Assembly (NCBI RefSeq): GCF_009914755.1
Contig: NC_060925.1
Strand: one strand, 5' to 3'
From: the human T2T-CHM13v2.0 reference genome, Homo sapiens
Length of the DNA stretch: 64,000 nt
The notes beneath the pieces are model-generated. The model made no database searches. It saw only the letters and a list, made by a program, of their open reading frames with translations, and was not told the DNA's origin. This document shows, piece after piece, positions 15,043-27,345 of the stretch. How positions within the stretch are numbered: the stretch's first letter is position 1; every line of letters starts with the position of its first letter. A program made the position numbers and the translations under genes.

Positions 15043-16085
15043 ACAAATTACTAATACAAAATTAAGTATAAATGATCAAAGATTAACTTAAACCTAAGTA
15101 GACAATGTTTTTGTTAAAATACAAAGATTGGCAAAATTTAAAACATCCGTCTCTATCATAGTTACAAGAGACACAACTAATATATAAATTTACAGAAACT
15201 TTGAAGTTCAAACAATACAGATACTGTGTATATATGATATACATACAAACATACTACATGAATATAATTTTTTAAAAAGTTGCTATGTAGACCAAATAGA
15301 ATGTAAGTTAGAAACATTTATTAAAATAAGTTAGTGTAACCAGTGTGATAAAAGTTTTAAGTTATTAAGAAGATGTGATGACTTAAATGTGTATTAGCCT
15401 GATACATACATATATATATACACACAAACCACACACTCTCTCACACACACATACACACACGTATTTAGAGAGAGAGTCAAATTATATAAAGCAAAAATAT
15501 CAGAAAGTAAGTAGAAATGGATAAGCCCCCAAATATTATAGACATTTCAAACACACGTCTTTCAGTAATAGATAAAAGAAAAAATTAAAAGAGTAAGTTT
15601 TAAAAGAAGCTAGTGGATTTTAAAACGGGCAAATATTATATAAGGAACTTGAATATTATAATTCATGTTATTTTCATGTTCATACAGAATACTTACAAAA
15701 ATTAACATTTTCTAGACCATACCACAAATTCAAACAATTTTCACGGAAATAACGTGACACAGAATATACGTCCTAAACAAACAGCAATGAAGGCAGATAT
15801 CAATACAAAAACGAAAGTTAGAAACATAAGTGTAATAATATTGGTTGGAAGCCATTTTATTGAATATTGAAATATTTTAAAGGTGAATAGTCACTACAAA
15901 TAAACCAAACACTTTTGTGAGGCCACTAAGATACATGTGTAATGTGTAATGCCTCCTTTTATAAGGAGTAAATCTGTAAAATCACCTGGGCTATTTGACA
16001 ACTGCAAAGTGAATGTGAGAAGGAGAGAAACAGTGAGAGAGAGAGAGATAAAAGCAGTAAAATAAACATAAAGAATGAAGGAGAT

Positions 16086-16487
<402 letters not shown>

Positions 16488-18634
16488 TTAAAATATTAAA
16501 TCTAACAAATATCTAGGTAGACTGATGGAGAAAAATACAGAAAATGCACAAAAAAGCAATTACCTGGAATGCGAACGTTACAAAACGTCAGCAGTTGTAG
16601 ATTTTAAATAAACAATGATTTTTGAGTTCAACCATGATGGGGCATATTGAAAAGAATCTCTCAGAAAAAAAGAAAAAGAAAACTGTTATAAAGCTATGTA
16701 CAAAATGTTAAGCACTATTAAAGTCTTCCAAATCTACCAGTTACGGAGTTATTGGTCTTGGACTAACACTCCTGAAAAGAAAAAAAACAAACAAAATAAG
16801 ACAATACCTAAAAACCTGGATAAAATGGCCTACCGTGGGCACCGGCAATGCATCCAAGCAGGTAGGACCTGGGTGCTACATTCTCTTTGTCAGAACACAA
16901 AGCATTCATACACTCTTCTCACCCTCACTTTCACCTTTTAATCTTTGATCTACTATTAAATGTATTCAACATTACTATCAATCCTTTGCTCAAAATTTCT
17001 TTACTCACATTTTGCTTGATGCACTTGGATAGACTGTTCAAGAAAGTGTGAGTAGTGAATTCCTCAAACTCTTGCATATTCAAAATCACATTTTTGAACC
17101 TCGATGCTTGAAGTGTAGCTTGGGTAACAGATGGGCTTTAAGCCAATTTTGGCATGCAAGGGGTTGAGTTTATTAGGCATCAGCACCGCTGAAAATCGTG
17201 GGGATGCAGGCTTAATTTCAACACTATTCTAAATACTTGAAAGATATTATATAAGTCTTTAATAAACTCCTGTGTCTACAAATGGTTCACATTAACTCAA
17301 TATCCATGATGAAACATCTATAAAATCAAGGCACTGTTATTTAGTGGAGACTTGCTGGCTATTCTATGAGAGGAGGTATTGTTATTGTAATCTCATCATC
17401 TCATAAAATTGTATCATATTACTCATAACCAGCCCTTCATATTCTATTCCTATTTTGGTATTTTAAAATAAGATATCTTTGAAATTCTTGAATTCAAAGA
17501 GGGAATCTGAATAATTTTTAAAATGTCAATGAAATGCCATTTCTTCATGCTTCAACAACTAAAAATTGACTAAAGTGCTTCTCTTCAATCTTTCTGGGAC
17601 ATTTTTTATCTAAATTCTAAGAACAATCACAATAGGTTTTAACCACAAATGTGAGAATATTCTAAATGTTAGGGTGGAAAAAATTTTTAAATATTTTATA
17701 GTAATTTTTTTCATCATAGTGACAGTGTGCTAAATTTTTTTAAGCCAACTATTACTGTAGACATTTAAGTCAGGATTCTAAGAAGCTGTTCTAAAGTCCA
17801 AAATTCAGTTTCATATACACTGATATTATATATATATTTGCTTAAAAAATTAATACATGTGAGCCGTGTTTCAAATAGTTGAGAGATTATTATATCAAAG
17901 ATTCTTGATTATATAAAATGCCAATTACTTATAGGCAGACATGCTTTAAATAATTACTAAGGCAGTTGTGGTTGATTGTACTCTTGCTACTGGCATTTAT
18001 ATGGACATACTATTATGGTCTGAAGAATATTTAGGCAAATTTATCCCTCATATGATCAGAAGAACAATGCAAGATAGTTTATATCTGAAAGGAAAAAAAT
18101 CTTTATATGGTTCTGAAAGCGTAAATCATTAACAACTTGGATAATAATTAGCATAAAAATACACAAACATGCCCTCTTCCTAGCAGTAAGTACACAGTGA
18201 CAACAGAATCAAAGCATGTGGCTATGTGCATGTTTATATTTCAAGACGCAGAGCACTCTATTCCTCCTCTCTGCCCTTTCTAGATGGCACAATCCCTCAT
18301 GAATCTAAGTGCAGTCATAGGGTGGATTAGGGTGACCTGCCATTTGTATGCAACTGATCTCTAGTTTGGAAGTAATTAATGTCAAAATATATTTTTAAAA
18401 GGTAATTTCAAATTTCAGGGCAAACTAGCATGGTTTCGCCCCTTTTCTTTGGAACATTTTTTCTAAGGTTGGAAAAGTAAGGTAGGCTTTAGTACGATTT
18501 TAAATAATAAGTTTTCAAAGTGAGACGCAAAATGGTGGCGCCAACACATTTCAAATCTGCTACATTTTGAAGACACTTATTGGAGAAAAGACCTTCTCAT
18601 CATTTTTCTCTTACAGGAAAGGAAATAACACGTA

Positions 18635-19004
18635 CAGTTGACCCTTAAGCAACACGGAGGTTGGGGTGCTGGACCCCCTGCACGGTAGAAAATCCACTAT
18701 AACTTTGACTCCCCCAAAACTTAACTACTAATAGCCTACTGTAAGCCTGACAAATAACACAGTCAATTAACACATATTTAATGTTATATGTCTTATATAC
18801 CGTATTCTTAACAAACATGCCAGAGAAAAGAAAAAAGAAAATCATAAGGAAAATAGATTTACTAGTTATTAAATGGAAGTAGATGATCAAACAGGTCTTC
18901 ATCCTCATCTTTCTCATGGGCAGGATGTGGATAAGGATGTAGAATTGTTGGTTTTGCTAAGTGGACGTGCACAGTTCAAACCCCTGTGGTGCAAAGGCCA
19001 ACTG
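18635..19004. mobile_element. Tigger2a-type DNA transposon
   Basis: Terminal inverted repeats CAGTTGACCCTT ... AAGGCCAACTG flanked by TA target duplications (18633-18634, 19005-19006). Confidence 0.85.
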
Positions 19005-19099
19005 TATAGCCATTGAATAGCAATTTATATTTAGAAATTAACCTCACTAAAATACTCTTAGAAAGATGCCCAGAAAAAAAGTGAATAAGAATTTTTGGT

Positions 19100-22000
19100 T
19101 CATCTATTACATCATTTCATTTCATTAGTTCATTTCTTTTCATCATTTCATTTCATTTCCTCATTTCATCCTTTCATTTCATCATTTCATCTCATTTCCT
19201 CATTTCATCCTTTCATTTCATCATTTCATCATTTCATCTCATTTCCTCATTTCATCATTTCATTTCATCCTTCCATTTCATCATTTCATCTTATCATTTC
19301 ATCTCATTTTATCATTTCATTTCATTCTTTCATTTCATTTCATCATTTCATCTCAACATTTCATTTCATCATTTCACTTCATCTCATCATTTCATCTCAT
19401 TTCATTTCATCTCACCATTTCATTTCATCTCACCATTTCATTTCATCTCATCATTTCATCTTTTCATCTCATCATTTCATCATTTCATTTCATCTTTTCA
19501 TCTCATTTCATTTCATCAATTCATCATTTCATCTCATCATTTCATCTCATTTCATTTCACTTCATTTCATTGTTTCATTTCATCATTTCATTTCATCACT
19601 TCATCTCAACATTTCATTTCGTCATTTCACTGTATCTCATTTCATCTTTTCATCTCATGATTTCATTTCATCTCATTTCATTTCATCTCATTTCATTTCA
19701 TCTCATCATTTCATTTCATCTTTTCATCTCATCATTTCATCATTTCATCTCATTTCAGTTCATCATTTCATTTCATTTATTTCATCATTGCATCATTTGA
19801 CTTCATGTCATCATTTCATATCATTTCATCATTTCATGTTTTCATTCAATCATTTCATCATTTCACTTATTCATTTCATTTCATCTTTTCATTTCCTCAT
19901 TTCATCATTTCATTTCATCCTTTCATCATTTCATCTCATCATTTCATCCTTTCATTTCATTATTTCATTTCATAATTTCTTCTCATTGTTGCATTTTGTC
20001 ATTCCATCATTTCATCATTTCACTTCATCTCATCATTTCATCATCTCACGATTTCATCTCATTTCATCTCGTTTCATCTTTTCATCTCGTCATTTCATTT
20101 CATCATTTCATTTCATCTCATCTTTTCATCTCATTTCATTTGATCATTTCATCAATTCATCATTTCATCATTTCATTTCATTATTTCATCATTTAATCAT
20201 TTAACTTCATTTCATCACTTCATTTCATTTCATCATTTCATATCATTTCTTCATTTCACCATTTGATCTTCTCATTTCATTTCATCATTTCATCATTTCA
20301 CTTCATTTCATTTCATCATTTCATTTCCTCATTTCATTTCACCATTTCATTTCATCATTTCATTTCATCATTCCATTTCATCATTTCATTACATTTCATC
20401 ATTTCATCATTTCACTTCATCTCATCATTTCATCATTTCATCTCATGATTTCATTTCATCTCATTTCAACATTTCACTTCTTTCATTTCATTTCATCATT
20501 TCATCTCAACATTTCATTTCATTTCATCATTTCATTTCATCTCATCATTTCATCATTTCACTTCATCTCATCATTTCATCATCTCATGATTTCATTTCAT
20601 CTCATGATTTCATCTCATTTCATCTTTTCATCTCGTCATTACATTTCATCATTTCATTTCATCTTTTCATCTCGTCATTTCATTTGATCATTTCATCAAT
20701 TCATCATTTCATCATTTCATTTCATTTCATTATTTCATCATTTAATCATTTAACTTCATTTCCTCATTTCATTTCATTTCATCATTTCATATCATTTCTT
20801 CACTTCACCGTTTGATCTTTTCATTTCATTTCATCATTCCATTTCATTTCCTCATTTCATTTAACAATTTCATTTCATCATTTCATCATTCCATTTCATC
20901 ACATTTCATCATTTCATCATTTCACTTCATCTCATCATTTCATCATCTCACGATTTCATTTCATCTCATTTCATCTCATTTCATCTTTTCATCTCGTCAT
21001 TTCATCATTTCATTTCATCTCATCTTTTCATCTCATTTCATTTGATCATTTCATCAATTCATCATTTCATCATTTCATTTCATTATTTCATCATTTAATC
21101 ATTTAACTTCATTTCATCACTTCATTTCATCATTTCATATCATTTCTTCATTTCACCATTTGATCTTCTCATTTCATTTCATCATTTCATCATTTCATCA
21201 TTTCACTTCATTTCATTTCATCATTTCATTTCATTTCCTCATTTCATTTCACCATTTCATTTCATCATTTCATTTCATCATTCCATTTCATCATTTCATT
21301 ACATTTCATCATTTCATCATTTCACTTCATCTCATCATTTCATCATTTCATCTCATGATTTCATTTCATCTCAGTTCATCATTTTTCATTCTTTCATTTC
21401 ATTTCATCATTTCATCTCAATATTTCATTTCATCTCATCATTTCATCATTTCACTTCATCTCATCATTTCATCATCTCATGATTTCATTTCATCTCATGA
21501 TTTCATCTCATTTCATCTTTTCATCTCGTCATTACATTTCATCATTTCATTTCATCTTTTCATCTCATTTCATTTGATCATTTCATCAATTCATCATTTC
21601 ATCATTTCATTTCATTTCATTATTTCATCATTTAATCATTTAACTTCATTTCCTCATTTCATTTCATTTCATCATTTCATATCATTTCTTCACTTCACCG
21701 TTTGATCTTTTCATTTCATTTCATCATTCCATTTCATTTCCTCATTTCATTTAACAATTTCATTTCATCATTTCATCATTCCATTTCATCACATTTCATC
21801 ATTTCATCATTTCACTTCATCTCATCATTTCATCATCTCACGATTTCATTTCATCTCATTTCATCTCATTTCATCTTTTCATCTCGTCATTTCATCATTT
21901 CATTTCATCTCATCTTTTCATCTCATTTCATTTGATCATTTCATCAATTCATCATTTCATCATTTCATTTCATTATTTCATCATTTAATCATTTAACTTC

Positions 22001-23240
22001 ATTTCATCACTTCATTTCATTTCATCATTTCATATCATTTCTTCATTTCACCATTTGATCTTCTCATTTCATTTCATCATTTCATCATTTCATCATTTCA
22101 CTTCATTTCATTTCATCATTTCATTTCATTTCCTCATTTCATTTCACCATTTCATTTCATCATTTCATTTCATCATTCCATTTCATCATTTCATTACATT
22201 TCATCATTTCATCATTTCACTTCATCTCATCATTTCATCATTTCATCTCATGATTTCATTTCATCACAGTTCATCATTTCATTTCATTCTTTCATTTCAT
22301 TTCATCATTTCATCTCAATATTTCATTTCATCTCATCATTTCATCATTTCACTTCATCTCATCATTTCATCATCTCATGATTTCATTTCATCTCATGATT
22401 TCATCTCATTTCATCTTTTCATCTCGTCATTACATTTCATCATTTCATTTCATCTTTTCATCTCGTCATTTCATTTGATCATTTCATCAATTCATCATTT
22501 CATCATTTCATTTCATTTCATTATTTCATCATTTAATCATTTAACTTCATTTCCTCATTTCATTTCATTTCATCATTTCATATCATTTCTTCACTTCACC
22601 GTTTGATCTTTTCATTTCATTTCATCATTCCATTTCATTTCCTCATTTCATTTCACAATTTCATTTCATCATTTCATTTCATCATTCCATTTCATCACAT
22701 TTCATCATTTCATCATTTCACTTCATCTCATCATATCTTCTTTCATTGCATTATTTCATTTCATCTCATCATTTCATTTCATCATTTCACTTCATCTCAT
22801 CATTTCATCACATCATTTCATTTCATCTCATCATTTCATTTCATCTTTTCGTCTCATTTCATTTAATCATTTCGTTTCTTTTCACCTTTTCATCTCATCA
22901 TTTCATTTCATCAATTCATCATTTAATTTCATTTTTTCGTCATTTCATCATTCACTTCATTTCATTTCATTTCATCATTTCATACATTTCCTCAATTCAT
23001 CATTTCATCTTTTCATTTCATTTCATCATTTCATCATTTCATTTCATTTCACTTCATTATTTCATTTCATTTCATTTCACCATTTTATGTCATCATTTCA
23101 TTTTTCATCATTCCATTTCATCATTTCATTTCATTTCATCATCATTTCATCTCATTATTTCATTTCTCCATTTCATCATTTCGTTTCATTTCATCATTTC
23201 ATCATTTCATTTCATCATTTCATCATATCATTTCATTTCA
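19100..23240. repeat. Pentamer-derived satellite (CATTT)n / CATCATTT with internal higher-order repeat
   Basis: ~4.1 kb built from CATTT, CATCT and CAT units, almost no G on the + strand; resembles HSat2/3 (CATTC) but with CATTT as the core. Confidence 0.95.
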
Positions 23241-24114
23241 GTGATACATGTATTTAATTGCTAATGCGATGCCCAGGAGACACCCTATTTCCCTTTCTAA
23301 AACACCTCCTTCAACAAAAGGCAACTTCTCATGGCTGGCTAAGTCTACAGGGATAGCAGCCTCTCCTCAACCACCCAATTTCATTTAAAACCTCAAACAG
23401 CACCTCAGTTTCATAAAAACCTAAAACATAAACACAACACTTGGTTGTAAGTGAGCCGACAGTTTCTTGTCTCTTTCTCTGCTCAAGGCTTAAGGCTGTG
23501 TCTCCCCAACTACATTCAGTGGAAGAGAAGATCCCATGGACAAATAAGTTTGAGAATTGTTGTTGCAGGAATTCTCAGAACTTTCAAAACACAAATCTTC
23601 ATCCGCAGGGATCTTCAGGAGGGAGATGGCTGATGCAGCACAACTTTCTTTCAGAGGAGTATCTTGCAGAATACAGTATGAGATACAGAAAGGCTGCATT
23701 GAGTCTTTTTAATGGCCCGGGCCTTGGTGAGGGTGGGGTAGGAGCTCTCCAGATAGCATCTAATGAGTAGGAACATTCAGGTGGCTTTTTATTTTTTCTT
23801 TATTCGCAAAACTGTGTGTACACCATGAATGAAGCTGGTCTCCCTTATCCACGTCAAAACTAAACCTAAATTAATTGGCTAAATTGGGACTCAACACCTC
23901 CAGGAGCCACGCGGCAGAAAGCCCCAACACACTTTAAATTAGCTTGCCTCATCATATTTGAGGAAAGCAAAACGCTTATGACCAGTATGCTGCTAATACA
24001 AGTCTACAGATAATGCTGTATGAAAAACTAGTTTTCCCAATCATAGCTGGCATAGTCCACATTTTGCATTACACTTTCCCCCCCTTTTTTTAAATTTTAA
24101 ACACAGGTCTTTTT

Positions 24115-24263
24115 CTCTTCTTTTTTTCAATTTTAATTAAATTATACAAGACGGAGTCTCAGTATGTTGCCCAGGCTGGTCTTCAACTCCTGAGCTCAAG
24201 CGATACAACCGTCTCCGCCTCCCAAAGTGCTGAGATTGCAGGCCTGAGACACTGTGCCTGGCC
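24115..24263 (-). mobile_element. Alu monomer (FLAM-like)
   Basis: GACGGAGTCTC...GTTGCCCAGGCTGGTCTTCAACTCCTGAGCTCAAGCGAT...CCCAAAGTGCTG...CCTGGCC. Confidence 0.8.
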
Positions 24264-24628
24264 TTAAACACAAATCTTAATTCATTCTTACAATTATTCT
24301 GAGGTTACAAAAATGGAAGGGGAAGAAAAATGGCAAGTAGGTAGGCTGACTTCGGCTTCATTATTTGGAAGGACAGTTTGCTCGGTTAAAACACACTACT
24401 GCCTACAAAGGCCAAGACAACAGAAAAATACAGACTTACATAAATAGATTTTATATGTGACAGCAGTTTGAATGGAGACTTTTTCAATGCAATGAGAAAC
24501 AGCTGTGCTTGGGAATAAATGACAACGAATTTTTTTATCTCAACAGCTGTCCTGAGAGCATGTCTCTACATCTCTACCTGCATTCTGGAATCAGGGAGAA
24601 AGCCAAAACGGACGACAAGACACTAGAT

Positions 24629-24819
24629 CAGCCGTGTCCAACCCTTTGCCTACAAGGACTTTTCCACCTATCTGTGGTGGTGGGTAGCATGAAAATTATG
24701 CACAAAACTTTTTTTTTTTTAACCCCATCAGCTGTTGTTAGCATTAGTGTATTTTATGTGCGGCCCAGGAGCATTCTTCTTCCAATGTGGCCCTGAGAAG
24801 CCAAAAGACTGGACACCTG
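24629..24819 (+). mobile_element. MER30-type hAT element
   Basis: TIR-like ends CAGCCGTGTCCAA ... GACTGGACACCTG and internal TTAGTGTATTTTATGTGCGGCCC...CCAATGTGGCCC. Confidence 0.7.
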
Positions 24820-24940
24820 TGCACCAGATCAAAAGGCTACTCCTTCTGGAAGCAATTGTAAAGAATTTCTGACATTATCTTGACATGAAAACCAATGGGT
24901 AGTGGGACAGAATGCAAAATCTTGAAGAATTTTTCTTGTC

Positions 24941-25209
24941 TTTTTTTTTTTTTTTTTTTTTTGAGTCACGGTCTTGCTCTGTGGCCCAGGCTGGAGTACA
25001 CTGGTGAGATCAGAGCTCAGTGCAGGATCAAGTGCTCCTCCCGCCTCAGCCACAGTAGTAGCTGGGACTACAGATGCGCACAACCACCCCTGGCTAATAT
25101 TTTATTTTTTGTAGAGATGGGGTCTCACTATATTGTCCAGGTTGGTCTCAAACTCCTTGACTCAAGGGATCCAGGAAAGGATAACAGGTGGGAGCCACCA
25201 CACCTGGCT
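24941..25209 (-). mobile_element. Alu (AluJ-type, diverged)
   Basis: Poly-T then diverged reverse Alu body. Confidence 0.85.
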
Positions 25210-26038
25210 ATGTGCATGAACTTTTAAGACAAACACAAGGCCCCACAAAAGTTAAGGTTTTTCCCACCTAATTTCCAGGGGGATCTTTTGGTGCAAGGCT
25301 GAGAAGCCCTTAAAAGTACACAGACAACTCCAAAGATTCAAGACAGTTCATTTGGGCTGAGCCAGCCCACTGGGCAGACTGACCTTCCAAAAAGACCCAC
25401 CCATGACATACACCAGATGGCTCTCCAAGAATCTCTTCAGTCCTCAGGGTCCCTAACGTACTGGACAGAGCTAGGAAAGCAAACCCATTTGCTTCTTCCT
25501 GCAGGAAACCCCTTGAGGTTAAGACCCCACAATCACATGAGGATGGAGTGGCTCACCCTCAGTCAACAGGCCAGACTCAAGGTGGTATAATGTCTTAACC
25601 ACGGGTGCGGGCCTCCAGGTCTGACTCCCAACTCAGTTCTTCTTTAATAACCACACTTTGTTAATTTTCCTTAACAGGGGTTCCTGGCAAGTCATTTCTC
25701 CCTCAGGCCTTCGGTTTCCTCACCTACAAGATGAGAGGGCTGGACCAGATGGAAATTCAGGGGGTAAGGGGATGTCCTCACGCAGCCCACCCCCACCCCC
25801 ACGGGACCCTGGAGCCTCCATCCCAGTTCCCACCACGCACCCGCTCCACAAATCCTGCCCAAGGTGAGGGCTGGTCCTGGGTCCTCTGGCTGCCGCATCA
25901 GCGAGTGCAGGAGGGAGGGGAAGCCTCCAAGGGGGTGACGTGGGCTCAAAGATGCAACTCGGCCAGGAGTGAACTGGGGCCCCGAAGGAGGTGTCCGGGC
26001 CGCTCCTGGAGCCCAGCCCGGGTCCCCGAACCCCTTAC

Positions 26039-26269
26039 CTCCGGGGTCTGTATCTCCTGCTGGGTGAGGTCGTTGGACACAGCGCACTTGGTGCACAGCC
26101 CGCACAGGCTGCCAATGAAGATGACGATGAGCTTCTGGAGCTGCCCGCACTGCTGCAGCGCCCGGCTGGCCGCAGCCCCTGTGCCACCCTCCGTGGCCGC
26201 CGCATCACCCCCACCACCGCCCTCCTTCTTCTCTCCCATCGCCTCCACAGGCAGCGCCACTCTATGCAG
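26039..26269 (-). pseudogene. Unprocessed duplicate of KSR1 coding exon 1 (N-terminal coiled coil of the CC-SAM/CA1 domain); KSR1P-type
   Basis: Translation [77 protein letters not shown] aligns to recalled KSR1 [77 protein letters not shown]. Homology ends at the donor GAG|GTAAGG (GT at 26038-26037). No later KSR1 exon recognised. Confidence 0.92.
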
Positions 26270-26418
26270 GCCACAGGGGCCTAGGCAAGGAGCCTGGGGC
26301 GCCGGCGCCTAGGCAAGGAATCCCTGAGCCAGGAGAGCTGGACCAGGAGCACCCCTCAGCGCTGCCCTTGCCAGGACGCCAGTAGAGCTGGCAGCCGAGT
26401 CTGCCGCTCCCGCCCTCA

Positions 26419-27345
26419 GAGCCGTGGCGGCGGGGACAAAAATCCTCGGCGGCGGGGGCAAAACGCCGCGGCGGCGAAAAAGTCGCTGTGGCAGGGGGAC
26501 AAAAAGCCGTGACAGCGGGGCGCAAAAAGCCGCGGCGGGTAAAAGGCCGTGGCGAGTAAAAAGCCGCGATGGCAAAAAGCCGCGGTGGGCAAAAAGCTGC
26601 GGCGGCGGGGGGTAAAAAGCCGTGGCGGGCAACAAGCCGAGGCGGGGTGGGGACAAAAAGCCGCGGCGGCGGGGGCTAAAAAGCCGCGGCGGGCAAAAAG
26701 CCGAGGCGGGGTGGGGGCAAAAAGTCGCGGCGGCAGGGGACAAAAAGCCGCGGCGGTGGGGGCTAAAAAGCCGCGGCGGGCAAAAAGCCGAGGCGGGGTG
26801 GGGGCAAAAAGCCGCGGCGGGTGAAAAGTCGCGGGGGCAGGGGGGAAAAATCCACGGCGGGAAAAAGCCGCGGCGGCGAGGGGGCAAAAAGCGGCGGGGT
26901 GCAAAAGGCGGCGGGGGGCAAAAAGCCGCAGCGGCGGGGGGCGGGCAAAAAGCCGCGGCGACAAAATTCGCAACGGCGAGGGGTCAAAAAGCCGGGGCGG
27001 ACTAAAAGCCCTGGCGCCGGGGGGGCACAAAGCCGCGGCGGGCAAAAAGCCGCGGCGGCGGTGGGGCAAAAAGCCACCGCGGCGGGGGCGCAAAAAGCCG
27101 CAGCGACGGGTGGGGGCAGAAAGCCGCGGCGGGCAGAAAGCCGAGGCAAGGTGGGGGCAAAAAGCCGCGGCGGCAGAGGGGCAGAAAGCCGCTGCGGGCA
27201 AAAAGTCGCGGCGGCGGGGACAAAAAGGCGCGGCGGGCAAAAAGCCGCGGCGGGGGGCGGGGAAGCCACGGCGGGCAAAAAGCCTAGGCGGGATGGGGGG
27301 AATAAGCCGCGGCGGCGGGGGGGCAAAAAGCCGCGGCGGCGGCGG
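26419..27345. repeat. GC-rich tandem repeat, unit ~GGGGCAAAAAGCCGCGGCGGC (CAAAAAG-type pericentromeric duplication-associated repeat)
   Basis: Dozens of degenerate ~16-25-bp units with an A4-5 tract followed by GCCGCGGCGG; + strand strongly T-poor. Confidence 0.92.

Noticed and set aside
19095-23264. 369-aa and other H/F/I/S-rich ORFs
   Set aside because: Translation of the CATTT satellite; stops are rare because the + strand lacks G, and most starts are TTG.
26419-27345. GC repeat or CATTT array as a CRISPR-like or telomeric array
   Set aside because: No constant repeat with unique spacers, no cas genes, no TTAGGG; eukaryotic context.
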